From the NCBI RefSeq assembly GCF_009914755.1, contig NC_060936.1: a stretch of 64,000 nucleotides of DNA. One strand, given 5' to 3'. Shown here in pieces: positions 1-12,448 of this stretch. The position numbers and the translations under genes were made by a program. Numbering within the stretch: position 1 is the stretch's first letter; each line of letters opens with the position of its first letter. Source of the stretch: the human T2T-CHM13v2.0 reference genome, Homo sapiens. Under the pieces are notes generated by a model, which was not told where the DNA came from, ran no database searches, and saw only the letters and a list, made by a program, of their open reading frames with translations.

Positions 1-330
1 ATGAGAGATTAATTATAATCAGGGATGAGAAATCTAGGAAGACTTCCTGGAGGAGGTAGTATGTGAGCAGGGCTCTACACAAAGGTTAGGACTTTGGCAG
101 GAAAAAAGTGGGAGATAAGTGGGAGGAACAAAGAAGAATGCAAATTGTGCCACGTGACTACCTCGAGATGGTTGAAGTAGAGGCTATCAGAGAGGCTGTA
201 GTCAGATAAATTAGGGATCCAGTTAAAGGGCTCTTAGCACTACTTTGTAGATAACATGGAACGGCTGAAGATTCTTCAGGAAGGAAGTGACATGGTTGTA
301 TTGTGCTTTAGAATATAATTTTGTTTGCTC
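1..330 (-). mobile_element. L2 LINE fragment (3' region, antisense)
   Basis: gaagacttcctggaggaggtagtatgtgagc and gattcttcaggaaggaagtgacatgg resemble the antisense L2 3' region; boundaries approximate. Confidence 0.6.
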
Positions 331-1028
331 TCTAGAATAGGGCATTAGAATCCAGATACAGTCTGTTCGCTTTGGAATACAGCAACTACCATTTCTCTTA
401 ATTAACCCCTTGGTCAGTAGCCATTTCTTCGTAGCCTCCTTCTTGAACTTCCCTTGCTCTGTTGGTGTCTTCAATGTTTGTTTCCGAGGCTCTGTCCTCA
501 GCCCTCTTCTTTTCACTGTTTTCTCTGGCTCAGTAAATGTATCATAACATGCAATGGCTTCAGCTACTGCAACATGGCTTCAGCTACCAAAATATGCTAA
601 TGATTTCCCAAAACACATTTCCATGTCTCTTGTCTTTCAAATGCCCCAAACCAGCATTTCCAGTTTACTTTACATGACCTGGTATTTTCAGCTATGTCCC
701 CAAATGTAACTTTGTATCTTTTTCCCAATACCTGTTCTTCATTTGTGCATCATTGCCATCTACCCAACTGTCCAGTGAAAATGTTGAAATATCCTCAATT
801 TTGTTCCCGTCTATAGCTGACAATTGCATCCAATTAATCACCAGTCATAAATTCTACCTGCTAAATATCTCTGATATCTCTTCTTTCTTCATATCCCCAA
901 AACCATGTCTGCAGTTTAGACCAGTGCTTCTCTGCCTTTAGCATGCCTAGGGATCACCTGGAAAGTTTGTTAAAATGCACATCATGATTTTGTAAGTCTA
1001 GGGTGCGGCCTGAGAGCGAGCATGCCTC

Positions 1029-1077
1029 CCTTCCTTCCTTCCTTCCTTCCTTCCTTCCTTCCTTCCTTCCTTCCTTC
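1029..1077. repeat. (CCTT)n tetranucleotide microsatellite
   Basis: About 12 direct CCTT units. Confidence 0.97.
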
Positions 1078-1142
1078 ATTTTTTTGTTCCCCCCACCCTA
1101 AGAATATACCTTTCTAACAAGCTCCCAGGTGGTGTTGTTACT

Positions 1143-1518
1143 CGTATTAGTCCATTCTCACACTGCTATAAAGAACTGCCTGAGACTGAGACTGGATAAT
1201 TTATAAAGAAAAGAGGTCTAATTGACTCAAAGTTCCACATGGCTGGGGAGGCCTCAGGAAATTTACAATCATGGCAGAAGGGGAAACAAGCATGTCTTAC
1301 ATGGCAGCAGGTGAGACAGAGCAAGTGAACAGGGAAGAGCCCCTTATAAAACCATCAGACCTCATGAGAACTCACTTACTATCATGAGAGTAGCATGGGG
1401 GAAACTGCCCCTATGATCCAATCACCTCCAACCAGGTCCCGTCCTTGACATGTGGAAATTATGGGAATTACAATTTGAGATGAGATTTGGCGGGGGGACA
1501 CAGAGCCAAACCATATCA
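1143..1518 (-). mobile_element. THE1 (THE1D-like) MaLR solo LTR
   Basis: gtattagtccattctcacactgctataaagaac...gggacacagagccaaaccatatca is the reverse complement of a THE1 LTR. Confidence 0.92.
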
Positions 1519-1684
1519 GCAGTACTGTTCCCAGGATCGTACTTTGAGTTGCAGGGGTTTAGAATAACATACATCTTTTGTCTGGGCTACTGAAGCAGTT
1601 TCTAGTCTTTTTGTCTTCTAGATCATTTCTCCACATTGACAGATTCCCTCATTTTAACGGTTTTTTGGTTGTTGTTTTCTAGAG

Positions 1685-1851
1685 CAGGTGTTGACAAACT
1701 TTTTCTGTGAGGGGTCAGTTAATAAATACTTTAAACTTTGTAGGCTTTATGGTCTTTGTAGCAACTGTGCAACACTGCTATTGTAGGGACTAAGGAGCCA
1801 TAAATGAATGATTTGGATTTTGCCCATTTGTCATAGTTTGCCTATCTCTTG
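1685..1851. mobile_element. MER58A hAT-Charlie MITE (internally deleted)
   Basis: caggtgttgacaaactttttctgtgaggggtcag...tagtttgcctatctcttg. Confidence 0.8.
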
Positions 1852-3244
1852 CCCTGATGAGGTTTAAATTTCCTAATGTGACTTACAAGGTCCTTTAATT
1901 GGCCCTAACCTAGAATCCAGCCTAATTGTCTGTCTTCCCCATGCAACTGTTCTTTGCATAAAAAACACTCTGTGATGGGTCACACTTCCATGCCTTTGCA
2001 GATGCTGTCCCATCTGCCTGGGATGCAACCTCAGAGTTTAAGCTCTAGCTTGACCATCACCTCCAACCTGACAGCTTCCTTAATTGATGGAGTCTCTTTC
2101 TCATTCGTGATCTTGAAGTATTCTGTGCATATCATTATTTTGGCACTTGGTGCATTTCAATTACTTGCTTTCATTCTTACTTGAGTCCGAGGCCTCCTTA
2201 AGGGAAGAAACATCTTTGCATAATGCATTGCCCAGCACTCAAGAGATGGCCAATATATGTTTTTGAATAAATGATGAGTTCTCAATAACTTAAAGAGCTC
2301 ATTTAAATCTGGTGCGTGCTTAAGTTTCTTTTGGCAATAGTAACTTTCATCCATTGTTGATGCGAATTTCCATCATTAATCCAGTTCTAGGCAGTGTGGG
2401 TTCCGATTTTAAATCTTATGCAAAATGAAACATTGCTTTGTGACACAGCATTATGCATATAGTTGTAAATACAGAACGAGTGGCACTTGACTGCAATGGG
2501 ATTAATGCAGTCCCTCCATTTGTTTGGCCAATTTGAAGGAGACAAAACACTTCTGCATTCAGCAGCACTACCCCCAAACACTATAACTCTTGGCATTAAA
2601 AAAACTGGTTATAGAAGCCTTGGCTACTCCATCTTTTTCATCTTTTCCATCTTGGACATTGGATTGAAGGGGAGGAAGCCTCTGAATAAGGTGAAACAAA
2701 TCACGTCAGAGTGATTGATGGAGGTTGTGCTTGGCACACCCCAGGTGATTGTGTTGGGTGGAAGAGTCATCAATTTGCTCCCCCAAAAGGATGTATGGTG
2801 GAGTCATATTTCACAAAATGTGGGGTGACATCTGCTTTCTTGTTTACTGAGAACAATGCCTGCTAGAATGTTCCTCCTCCAGACAGTTGTTCCCAGTTCT
2901 GATCTATCAAAGACTTATTTACCTGCTGATGGGAAGTGTTGCTATTTCTTACATTTTCCTTTGAGTTTTCATTTTGATTTTTGACAATTGTATATTCTTC
3001 AGAGGCTGAACTATTTTTTTTATTATACATTTTGCAGGTGGCAAAAGAAAATATACACTCTTGGTTACAGGTTTGAAATAGTTTCTAAAGGGCAGGGTCA
3101 TTTTTCACGTATTGGTATTTTGTGATTCGAGAAAAAGAAGCTGAGTTCTTGTAACATCACAATCGAGAAAGAAATCAGGATGCACTTTGGAATTTTGGTT
3201 GGACTTCTGTTACCGCTTGTACGTATTCATAACAGTTTATATTT

Positions 3245-3430
3245 TTCAAGGTACTTTCATATACATAACTTCCTATGATCATCACAAAAGCCCTGGAATC
3301 AGGGAAGAAAGAAAAAAATAAAAGAAAAAAATTTCAGAGAGGAGCGAACCAAACCTCAGATAGGGTAAGACACTCACCTGAGTCTATACAGCTAGTTAGT
3401 GGCAGACCTAGGATTGGAATAATGACTCTT
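3245..3430 (-). mobile_element. MIR SINE
   Basis: cagctagttagtggcagacctaggattggaa MIR core. Confidence 0.7.
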
Positions 3431-5429
3431 TCAATAAAATTCTTACATATACATAAAAGGGAGTCTTTAAAATGGTGTGTCTTTCTGGCCTATGAATTAT
3501 GGTATATATGGACCATTCAAGAGGCAATAAAGGTTTAAAATCATAGTTGAAAATGCATTTTATTTATGTTATTTTGCCCTCTTTGCTGTTAGGAGAAATT
3601 GGGCCAAGAGCAGGTGGAAGTGAGTGATTTGTTGAGGTCATGAAGCAGGTCACTACAGTTACTATGGGGAAGTGACAAGACTCCATGATTTTGTAAGTTC
3701 AGCTCAGTCTGTTCATGTTGCCATTGAAGTCTCTTCCTCTTCATCCAGATAATGAAACTGCAGAGGTGACAGTGCGTGTGTGATCACGCGGTGGGTCTAT
3801 ATGTGAACTGTGGTGTCCTCTCCCCCTGCTGTCATTGTTATGTCCTGGAAATGCATCGCCTCTGCTTAGTGAAGGATTCCAGCCTTTGTTAAAAGCACTA
3901 TAACCCTGAGTTACTGAGAGGCCAGGCTGCACTCAGTACAGTTTCCAGTAGAGGTGAGTTCCTATCAGGTTCCTGATTGTAAGCACTAGCAATTTGGTTT
4001 TTGTTTTAAAAAGTTCAGAATAAACACTGGAAATGGTTTTGAAATGTAACTTAATGAGATTTCTGTGGTAGCTAAGCATCAAAATGGGCACAAATCTGAG
4101 GTTGGTTTGATTGTAATATTGCCCCTACTCTTGGGGCAATATTAAAAGTACTTTCATATATATAAACAAAATGCAGCTTATGGGTTTTTTAAAAAATAAA
4201 AAATTGGGAGGGGCATAATACTGAGAGGAGATAATGTAAAACATCATTTATGAAGTATAGATTTTAATTTTCTCTGCCTTTATGGTTATAGGCATATATG
4301 TGTCACCACGTAAATTTTGAGAAGGTATTGAATCATGTTGGTGTTTATTTCTGGTTGGATTGTTTTTGTCTATGCTATTAATGGGAATGTATTCCAAGTC
4401 ATAATGGGACTTGGAGGATGAAGACACAGTGCCAACCAGAGAGGCTTATTCTTGAGGACAGCAAGGAAAAGTAAGCCTAGACTAGGTTTGGATGACTTAT
4501 CCATCCCTGCCCTCACCATTCACCACTATAAAAATAAACCAGTGCACAGGCCATGGTGTTGATGCCCTGAGGGACACTGCAGAGCTAAACAAAGAAACAA
4601 AGGCAAGTGGGTCCCAGTGCCAGTGGTTCCATTAAGCCACACCTGAAGAAAGAATTATCCCTTGTTGGAATAAGCTGTTGGCATAACTTTCCCCTTTTTA
4701 AAATTGTTTGGAGATATATTTTATTATTTTGTACTTGCTGACGCCATTGATGACCAGAGTTCTTCCTGTATCTGTCTATAATTGTGAAACTTATTAGGTG
4801 GTAAGAAGAGGACATCTTTTTCTTTTTTCAGCTCTCTATTTCTGGTGCAATAGAGAGCACATGGAGGTTGATGACTTGGTTGTTGACAGCTCTTGATGAA
4901 TACTCTCCCCAAGATGTGATTCATTTCTCTGGGTTAATTTTACAGTTTGCATTTGAGTTAGTCAAGAAAAATAGTATTCTACCAACTGCCATCCGTTTAT
5001 CTTCTCCTTTTCTCTTAAAAGGAAGCAATTTTTCTCAAGAGGACTTGGTTTCATGCCTCAGGATATTGTAAATTCTTCTGAAAATACTTACCCCCACCCC
5101 TCACCCCAACACACTTCCGTCTTCCTCTCTAACAACCCATTCTCTGGCCTTTGTCAAAAACTACCTCTTACAGTAGGTTTGCTTGGCCCTACTTTCTGTA
5201 ATTCCTCTTTTCTTCTAACTATTTTATATAGCATTGGTATGATAATAACATGTGCCTGTACATTGTTTTACAAATTGGCTTAATTTTTTTGGACTTAATG
5301 AAATATCCTTAAGATTGATACCTTTATCTTGTATTTACTTTGTATTTTCCTTTCCTTCCATGCCTGGTAAAATCTTGACCTCAATTCATTAACAGCATTG
5401 ATCACTTGAAAATGTAAATAAAAGTGTGT

Positions 5430-5715
5430 TTGTGTAGTGGTTATGAGTGCAGACTCTGGAACGCTCCAGATAGCCTGAGTTCAAATTCTGGCTACTTATT
5501 GGCTCTGTGACCCAAGACATATTATTTTACCTCTCTGGGCCTCAGCGTTCTCACCTATAAAATGGGAATAATTTTAGTATCTATATCAGAGGGTCATAAT
5601 GGGGGTGAAAGAAGTAAAAAGAGCGAAAGTATAAGAGTTCTACCTTATACCAACATATAAGGTAAAACAATGCCTTATACATAATAGTTGCTGAAGAAAC
5701 ATAGGCTATTGTTAA
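5430..5715 (+). mobile_element. MIR SINE
   Basis: gtagtggttatgagtgcagactctgg...cctcagcgttctcacctataaaatggg. Confidence 0.85.
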
Positions 5716-6171
5716 TAATGTTCTGTGATTGATTGACTTTCAACGAACTTTAAAGATTGTCAGAGGGTCTTTTAAATTTCTACTTCTTCAGTGATTGTTA
5801 ACCCTTGAAAAACAGAAACGTTCCAAATAAATTTGAATTCTTCCTGTTTCAAGGACACCGCTTATCTCATATTCTTTACACATTTATGTATATATGGGCA
5901 TATGCATCTACATACACAAATTGTCTTTGTAGATCAAAGCTAAAAGACAACCATCATATAGACTTTGTTCAGTAAAATAATGGCCATATACCATTCTCAT
6001 ACAAAGAAATGAATTTGGAATGCATAATGTTGAAAGCCAGGGAATGAAAATTACCTATATTTTTGATATTTTATTATGTTTAAAAACTATACTTTACACT
6101 TTCATCACTTATTAAGCATATGATTTTATTCTCCCCAACAAAGTATGTGAATAGCAAGTACTATATTTACT

Positions 6172-6173
<2 letters not shown>

Positions 6174-6201
<28 letters not shown>
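6174..6201. repeat. poly(T) tract (28 nt) within a degraded MIR
   Basis: Direct observation. Confidence 0.95.
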
Positions 6202-6204
<3 letters not shown>

Positions 6205-6479
6205 AGTGAAGAAACTGACGGATGAAAAAACTGACATTGGGAGGAACTTGTCTAAGGTCCAATGAAAACAGCTGGCCTGGACAACTCCTATTCACTCTCC
6301 TTGTTCACAACCACTTTGTGATTCTTACTTAGTTGGGCATTCTTGTTCACAATGCTTTTGTAGTATGGTTGGCCAAGTTTTCTAACATCTCCACAAAATC
6401 TAAACCAATTCGGACAATTCCAGGATTGGGAGTGATTAAAATTTTGAGGGGAAGAGAGGGCTCATCACATAGGAAACGC

Positions 6480-6650
6480 CTATGAACCAGGCACTGTGTG
6501 GGACACACATTGTTTCTAATGGGCACAGTACCCATGTGAGGTAGGCATTATTCCCCCTGTTTTATGAAGAAATGCAGAAACTGCAGTGCAATATTATAAA
6601 ATAATCTATTCCAGGTTGAACAGCAGAGCTGGGATTTGAACCCAGTATTT
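6480..6650 (-). mobile_element. MIR SINE
   Basis: gtgaggtaggcattattcccc...gagctgggatttgaaccca. Confidence 0.7.
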
Positions 6651-8066
6651 TGTCAGTATCAAGCCCACCCCCTTTCTCTTGCACAATTCTGCTTCCAATA
6701 TTTATAAAAAGGATCATTTAATACCTATTCTCAGCATTCCCATACACTTCTAATGGATTAGGAGAGCTTATGTAAAGAGATTTGGCAGTTGGTAAAATCT
6801 GACCCTACCCCATAGAGAAAATATATATATATATATATATACACATACCACCACAGAAACTATTTCTACTGCTTTTTAACCTGTATGCTATTTTAAAAAT
6901 ATAGTGGGCAAGAAAAGGAGAAACTTTTCTAATATTCCTTTGAAATCTACATATTCAGCGAATTCTCTTTTAAGTAGAATATGATTAATTTATCCTCTCA
7001 TTCTGAGGAATTAAAAACCGACATTTCTCTTGCTTATTCAATGCTTGTGAATAACCAACAGCCAGTATGTTAAGGGTGGAAAAAAGTGTGACTATGATCA
7101 GCCAGGTTCCTATTAAACAGCAAGGAGCTTACTTGGATCATGGCATTTGCTCTGATGACTTATTTGGGCATGTGTCCCAGTTTTTAAAATCTCTTCTTTA
7201 TAGTCACTAGTGCAGTCTATTGGTTTAGGAAGCAAACGTGACTCTAAAATTTGCTGTGTGACTGTGAACAAGTCATTTCTAGCCTCTTAGGCCTTGTTTC
7301 TGCCTCTGAAATTACACATAATTATGCTCACAAAGGGCTTGGGGGAAGATTCATTAAGGAAATTACCACTTATTTAGAAAATTGCTGCTCAAGTTCATAG
7401 AATGTTTCCCCGGTGGGCTTAATGAGCACATGGCCCTCCTCAAGGTGAATGAATCACTTCTGTTTCTCTGGGGAGGGGCTTTTCTTTTCTTCTAACCTCA
7501 CTTCTTGACTCAGGGTATCCAGGGCTAACAGTTTGGTTTTCTTAGAAAGAACACTGACCTATTTACCCAATCTTTAAAAAGAGCTTTGTGTCTTTAGAGC
7601 CATCTGGTTTGTTCTGAATATTTTCTTCCAGTTCATTCTATAGTTATGAACATGGGGGATTTAGAAAATGGCCCCCACAAAGGGGCATTAAGACAAGCCC
7701 CCTTGATGTTTCCATAATCAGGAGTGATTATTCACTCTTGTAATTTTCAGATATGATTGATTAGTCACGATAAACACTATTTTGTGCCTAATGGATTTAT
7801 AAAGGCACATAAGAGTGGCACGCCAGACAGTTCAACAATCTTACCCACTGTTAAGAATTTTATAACCTCCTGTTCTCAAGTCATCAGTGATGACTCGGAA
7901 CAAAATGCCAAAGACAGCCTGACTTGTTCAGTAATCAGGCGGGTAGTTGAAGATGTCTGGTTAAAATCCTCCTTGCATATTTGACTGTATGAACAAAATG
8001 ATGAAGTAGACATTGCTATTATATTGGAGCTGATGGATGGAAAGACCAGAACATTTGCAACTTGTC

Positions 8067-8091
<25 letters not shown>
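8067..8091. repeat. poly(T) tract (25 nt)
   Basis: Direct observation. Confidence 0.95.
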
Positions 8092-8097
<6 letters not shown>

Positions 8098-8476
8098 CAC
8101 TGATAACTTCAGGCTTCAACCATACTCCATTCCCCATCCTCTTCTTGAAAGAGAAAACACATAAATTATTCTGATTGACTGGGAACATTGGCTGATAGAA
8201 TATTGTTCTTCTTGTCTATTTCTAGCCCTGCTTGTCCATCACATAATGATCACTGAAATCAAGGACTGGGCTGGCAAACACTGTAAGCAGAGGCTCCTCT
8301 GGTGAAGCCTCTGTGTGATAAAAAAAAATTTGCCTTCATCTTTTCATTGATTTGGGAGCCCTCCTGTAGTTGGCTGGAGGCTTTCAGTAGGGACTACAAA
8401 ACCAAACGCCAGGTGGCTTTGCGCACTCGCAGAGTCAGCTTCTTAGGTATATTTTTCCTAATTTTAGCATTTCTTG

Positions 8477-8942
8477 TGTTATATAAAATTTATAGGAGGC
8501 CATTGGTTTGGACTGAGCTCCTGCACTAGGCCCAACAGACTAAACCAAAATCGAGTTACACATGCTAAGGTTCTATATCATGAAGCTGAAACTAAGTTAT
8601 TTATCTGATCTTCCAAGAAATCAAGGGTAGGGGGTGGGGGGTGGGGGGTGGGGGGGCCCGCGGAGAGAGAGAAAGAATGAGAATAGCCAAATCCCCAATT
8701 CAGTCAGCTTGACAAGGAAGTCTTCTCTACTTTAACCTTTACAGGGAAAACCACTTTGAAACAACCAATCCACTTATTGTTTTTTGTTTCTGCTTTCCTC
8801 AGTCCTTCTGTTTCTAAAACCAAACTCCTCTGCTCAGCTTATTATGTTCATTTGTTCTATTTTATAGGTGAGGTTTTGTCCAATTCTGGAATGCAAAAGC
8901 CAATTAAGATGTTTAAATTTCTTGTAATGTTGTCTTTTGACA
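8477..8942 (+). mobile_element. ERV1 solo LTR, MER31-like
   Basis: TG...CA termini, ggaggccattggtttggactgagctcctgcactaggccc signature, perfect 4-bp TSD CTTG (8473-8476 / 8943-8946). Confidence 0.85.
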
Positions 8943-9159
8943 CTTGGTATTTCTCTTATATTCCAAACTCAAGCATGAGGAAATATAAGTCCATTTATAC
9001 ATGCATCAAATGAGGGTTTCATTGAGACTTTCTATATGATGATATCTATATGACCCTGTCTATATGATAAATATCTGTATTGATCTAGGGGAAAGAAAAA
9101 GATGTGGTTTATGAGAACCACTTCTTTTACTTCACTAAGAAGCAGAGTTACAGAGAGGG

Positions 9160-9160
<1 letters not shown>

Positions 9161-9187
<27 letters not shown>
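9161..9187. repeat. (TG)n microsatellite
   Basis: About 13 TG units. Confidence 0.97.
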
Positions 9188-9190
<3 letters not shown>

Positions 9191-9338
9191 TTGGGAATGG
9201 GGGAGGAGGAACAGAGACCAAAGCCTTATAGAGACATTGGCCAGTTTGTCTCTTCATTACAAAAATATTTGTTTTAAGTATTGAAGAAATGATGGTGACA
9301 GGGTCTCTGCTGTCATTCTCATTTTATTGAGTTGACAG

Positions 9339-9780
9339 TGTGAAAAGATAATAAATCTTGAGACCCCCAAATCACTAAGCTAAAGGGAAAAGTCAAGCTG
9401 AGAACTGCTTAGGGCAAACTTCCATTCTATTCAGTCATCGCTCTGCTCATTGAGATAAATGCATATGTGACTGCTTCCTTTGGAAAGGCTAATCAGAAAC
9501 TCAAAAGAATGTCATTGTTTGTCTTTTATCTACCTATGACCTGGAAGCCCCCTCTCCACTTGGAGTTGTCCCCTCTTTCCAGACGGAACCACTGTACATC
9601 TTACATATATTGATTGATGTCTCATGTCTCCCTAAAATGTATAAAACCAAGCTATGCCCCTACCACTTTAGGCACATGTTATCAGGACCTCTTGAGTCTG
9701 TGTCACAGGCATATCCTTCACTTTGGCAAAATAAACTTGCTAAATTGACTGAGACCTGTCTCATATATTTTGAGTTCACA
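9339..9780 (+). mobile_element. MER4A/MER4A1 ERV1 solo LTR
   Basis: tgtgaaaagataataaatcttgagacccccaaatcactaagctaaagggaaaagtcaagctg...gagttcaca; TSD ACAG/ATAG. Confidence 0.9.
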
Positions 9781-10126
9781 ATAGATAGTTTGGAAAATTC
9801 TACTTTAGAAAATTTATTTAGGTTCTTTCAGTGATGTTCCCGTACTTGATAAGTAATGGAGGTTCTTGCAGGTCTTGGATGGCTTTGGGACCAGGGAAGA
9901 GGGGAGAAAGAAGTAAAGGCTAATTTATCCTATGCCTCCTGTATGCAAGGACCCTGCCAGGTACCTTCACTGCTGTCATCTGAGGGATTCCACAACTACG
10001 CAGGGTAGGTTGGATTCTCCATGTTTTAGTGACAAGACATCCTCAGAGAAGTAATTCAGCTTCTATGAATGAGGAAGAAAAAGAAAGAGTAAGTACCCGC
10101 ATGGCAAAAGGTATGTCATAATTAAC

Positions 10127-10299
10127 AAGTGCTTCTGGATCTTGGCTGCATGTTAGAATCACATGGAGAAACTTTAAAAATCCTTGATGTCCAACTGCAC
10201 CCAGACCAATTAATTCAGACTCCGAGGGTGGAGCCCACCGTCAGTAGTTTCTAAAGCTTCCCAGATGATTGCAATTGCAGCTAAAGTTAATAATGACTG
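10127..10299. mobile_element. MER5A1-like hAT-Charlie MITE
   Basis: tcttggctgcatgttagaatcacatggagaaactttaaaaa...cagatgattgcaattgcagc. Confidence 0.8.
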
Positions 10300-12448
10300 A
10301 ATTAGTAATATTTAAGGTAAATTACAGTGTATATGCTTGCTTCAAGATTCAGAATCAAGGAATGCTAGGGCAGGAAAGAACCCTAAAGTCACTTAATCTA
10401 ATTGCTTAATTATACAAAGGAAGATACTATAGGTGAGATAAGTAAGGTGACTGACAAAATTCATATAGGTTAATCAGGACCAGAGCTGGGTGTCCTCCTT
10501 TAAAGTTGACTTGTTTGACTTCTCAGAAAGGCTCGAATACAAGAACATCCATAGAGTTAATGCAAGCGGTTGCTTTTGGGGCTTTATTACAAATTGCTCT
10601 TGAATTTTCTTTTTTACTTGTGGGAACTATTCCTAAACACACCCCTATGTATTAATACCGTATTTTAGTATTTTAGTATCAGTTTTGATAGGATTTTGGG
10701 GGGTCGCTGTTGTTATTGTGATCTTTTCCACCCAAACAAAGAATATCCAGAAGGCTATGGCAAGAAAAGTAATTTAAATTTTATCAAGTTTTTGCATAAC
10801 TGGTGTATCTTTGCTGTCTCAGACAAGGACTAGGGAATCAGAGGTCAACTTGAAGCTCCTCATTTATATGATAATTACCAGTAAGCGGTGGCCACTGATT
10901 CATGATACAAATCATTTGTACCTCTGGGACTTGTATGTTTACTGGGCAGGAAGTATGTGATTATGTCGTACTAATTAGTTTCTAGGTGACAGAGAGAATG
11001 TAGCACAATTGAGACTAAGTTTGGTAATTTTGTGCTGTTTAGTTTCTTTATTTACTTGTTATGGCGGAGTTTTTAATTTAATTTTTAATCCATAGGCAGT
11101 CTCACAGTGAATACACACCTGAATGACTGGATACTAACCTTCATATTATCACTTCCATAGTTTATAACATGCTTTAATATGCTAATCTTATGTAATCTTA
11201 ACACCAGTCCTCTGAGGCACATATGATTATTATCATAAAACTCCCTTTACATGCTAACAAACTGAAGGCAGAGACATTGCGGTAATACTTGGAGATCCTA
11301 CAGCTAGAAATGTAGCACCTAACTTGAAATTCACATCTCCTATGATTAATAATGATAAGGAATGGTAATGAACCACCAGAAATGATCACAGTTTAGCTTG
11401 ATTTTCCTGATTTTCTCAACAACTAAGAAAAAGGCTCTGAAGATAGAAGATAGTGGGAAACTGTTGTTTTAGGGGTGGGAAATATAAATAATGTAGATCT
11501 TGGTGGGAGGAGAATAAATTCAGCAAGGTTATGTTTTCACAACAAAGAAAAAGAGCCTTGGTGGAGGAAAAGCTGAATGAAAAACAGTGGAATGTTATTT
11601 GTAGTCTGGCAGAAAAGAGGTCTGAGGAAAAGAAGGAGGAGGTGGTAAGAGCAGGCTTTAGAACAAAGCGCCACAAAGAACAATAATAAGGAATAGACAG
11701 GGAAGGACAGAAGAAAGTGAAAAATATTAAACAAATGTGGTGAAAAAGGAGTCTGTTGTTAAACCAAGGGAAGATAGGAAATTAGAATTAGATGAATCTT
11801 AAGTTTGGTTTTTAGTGATTTTTCAAATGTTCCAGCAGTCCAGAAACACTCATTTAAAGAGTAGACAGAAAGTCGTTATGATCTGAAATGAAACAAGGAG
11901 AATGGATAGGAACCACTTCTACCTACAGCATACTATTCACTGCATTTATCTTCCAGGCAAATGCTTCCTGAATATGTATGACAGAGCCTTTCTGACAATA
12001 ATACAGAGAGTTATATTACCTGAAATATGGAAGAAACACTAGGTAGCATGGAATCCAAAGGCCCTCAGATATGGGTGATGTCAAAAGAATATTATCTCTG
12101 AGACAGCATATTTCACTACGTTTATAAAAAGCCTTGGGCAAAATGTAGATATTACAAGAACCGAAAACTATCGTTCCATAGGTGAAGTGTTCCATGATCT
12201 GATAGGCAAAATGTTGTTGCCATAGAAGAATAAAATTCACAAACTCTAAGAGCATCAAGTTGGATGTAATGCCTTTGTAAATCTCTAAATACTTTTCTGA
12301 AGAACATTTTCATAAATTTGCAGTCAAAAAAGAATTTGGGCCAGAGGTATGCTATGTATTGCTACCTGCCTGCTAGGTCTCTATTAAATAAACTTCCATC
12401 ATCTTAGGCCCTCAGGTGGCCCATCATGAGAAAATCTGAAATAACTAG

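Larger units (their letters stand above)
922..1557. mobile_element. MER5-family hAT-Charlie MITE split by (CCTT)n and a THE1 LTR
   Basis: gatcacctggaaagtttgttaaaatgcac, tttctaacaagctcccaggtg, then resumes after the LTR with gatcgtactttgag. Confidence 0.7.
400..2275 (+). mobile_element. L2 LINE fragment interrupted by MER5, THE1D and MER58A
   Basis: ggctctgtcctcagccctcttct...catggcttcagctacc...atatgctaatgatttccc and a terminal ...ttgaataaatgatga match the L2 sense 3' region; boundaries approximate. Confidence 0.65.

Noticed and set aside
3038-3070. 33-nt in-frame plus-strand microexon (VAKENIHSWLQ)
   Set aside because: Good acceptor but a weak donor (GTTTGA) and no supporting neighbouring coding exons.
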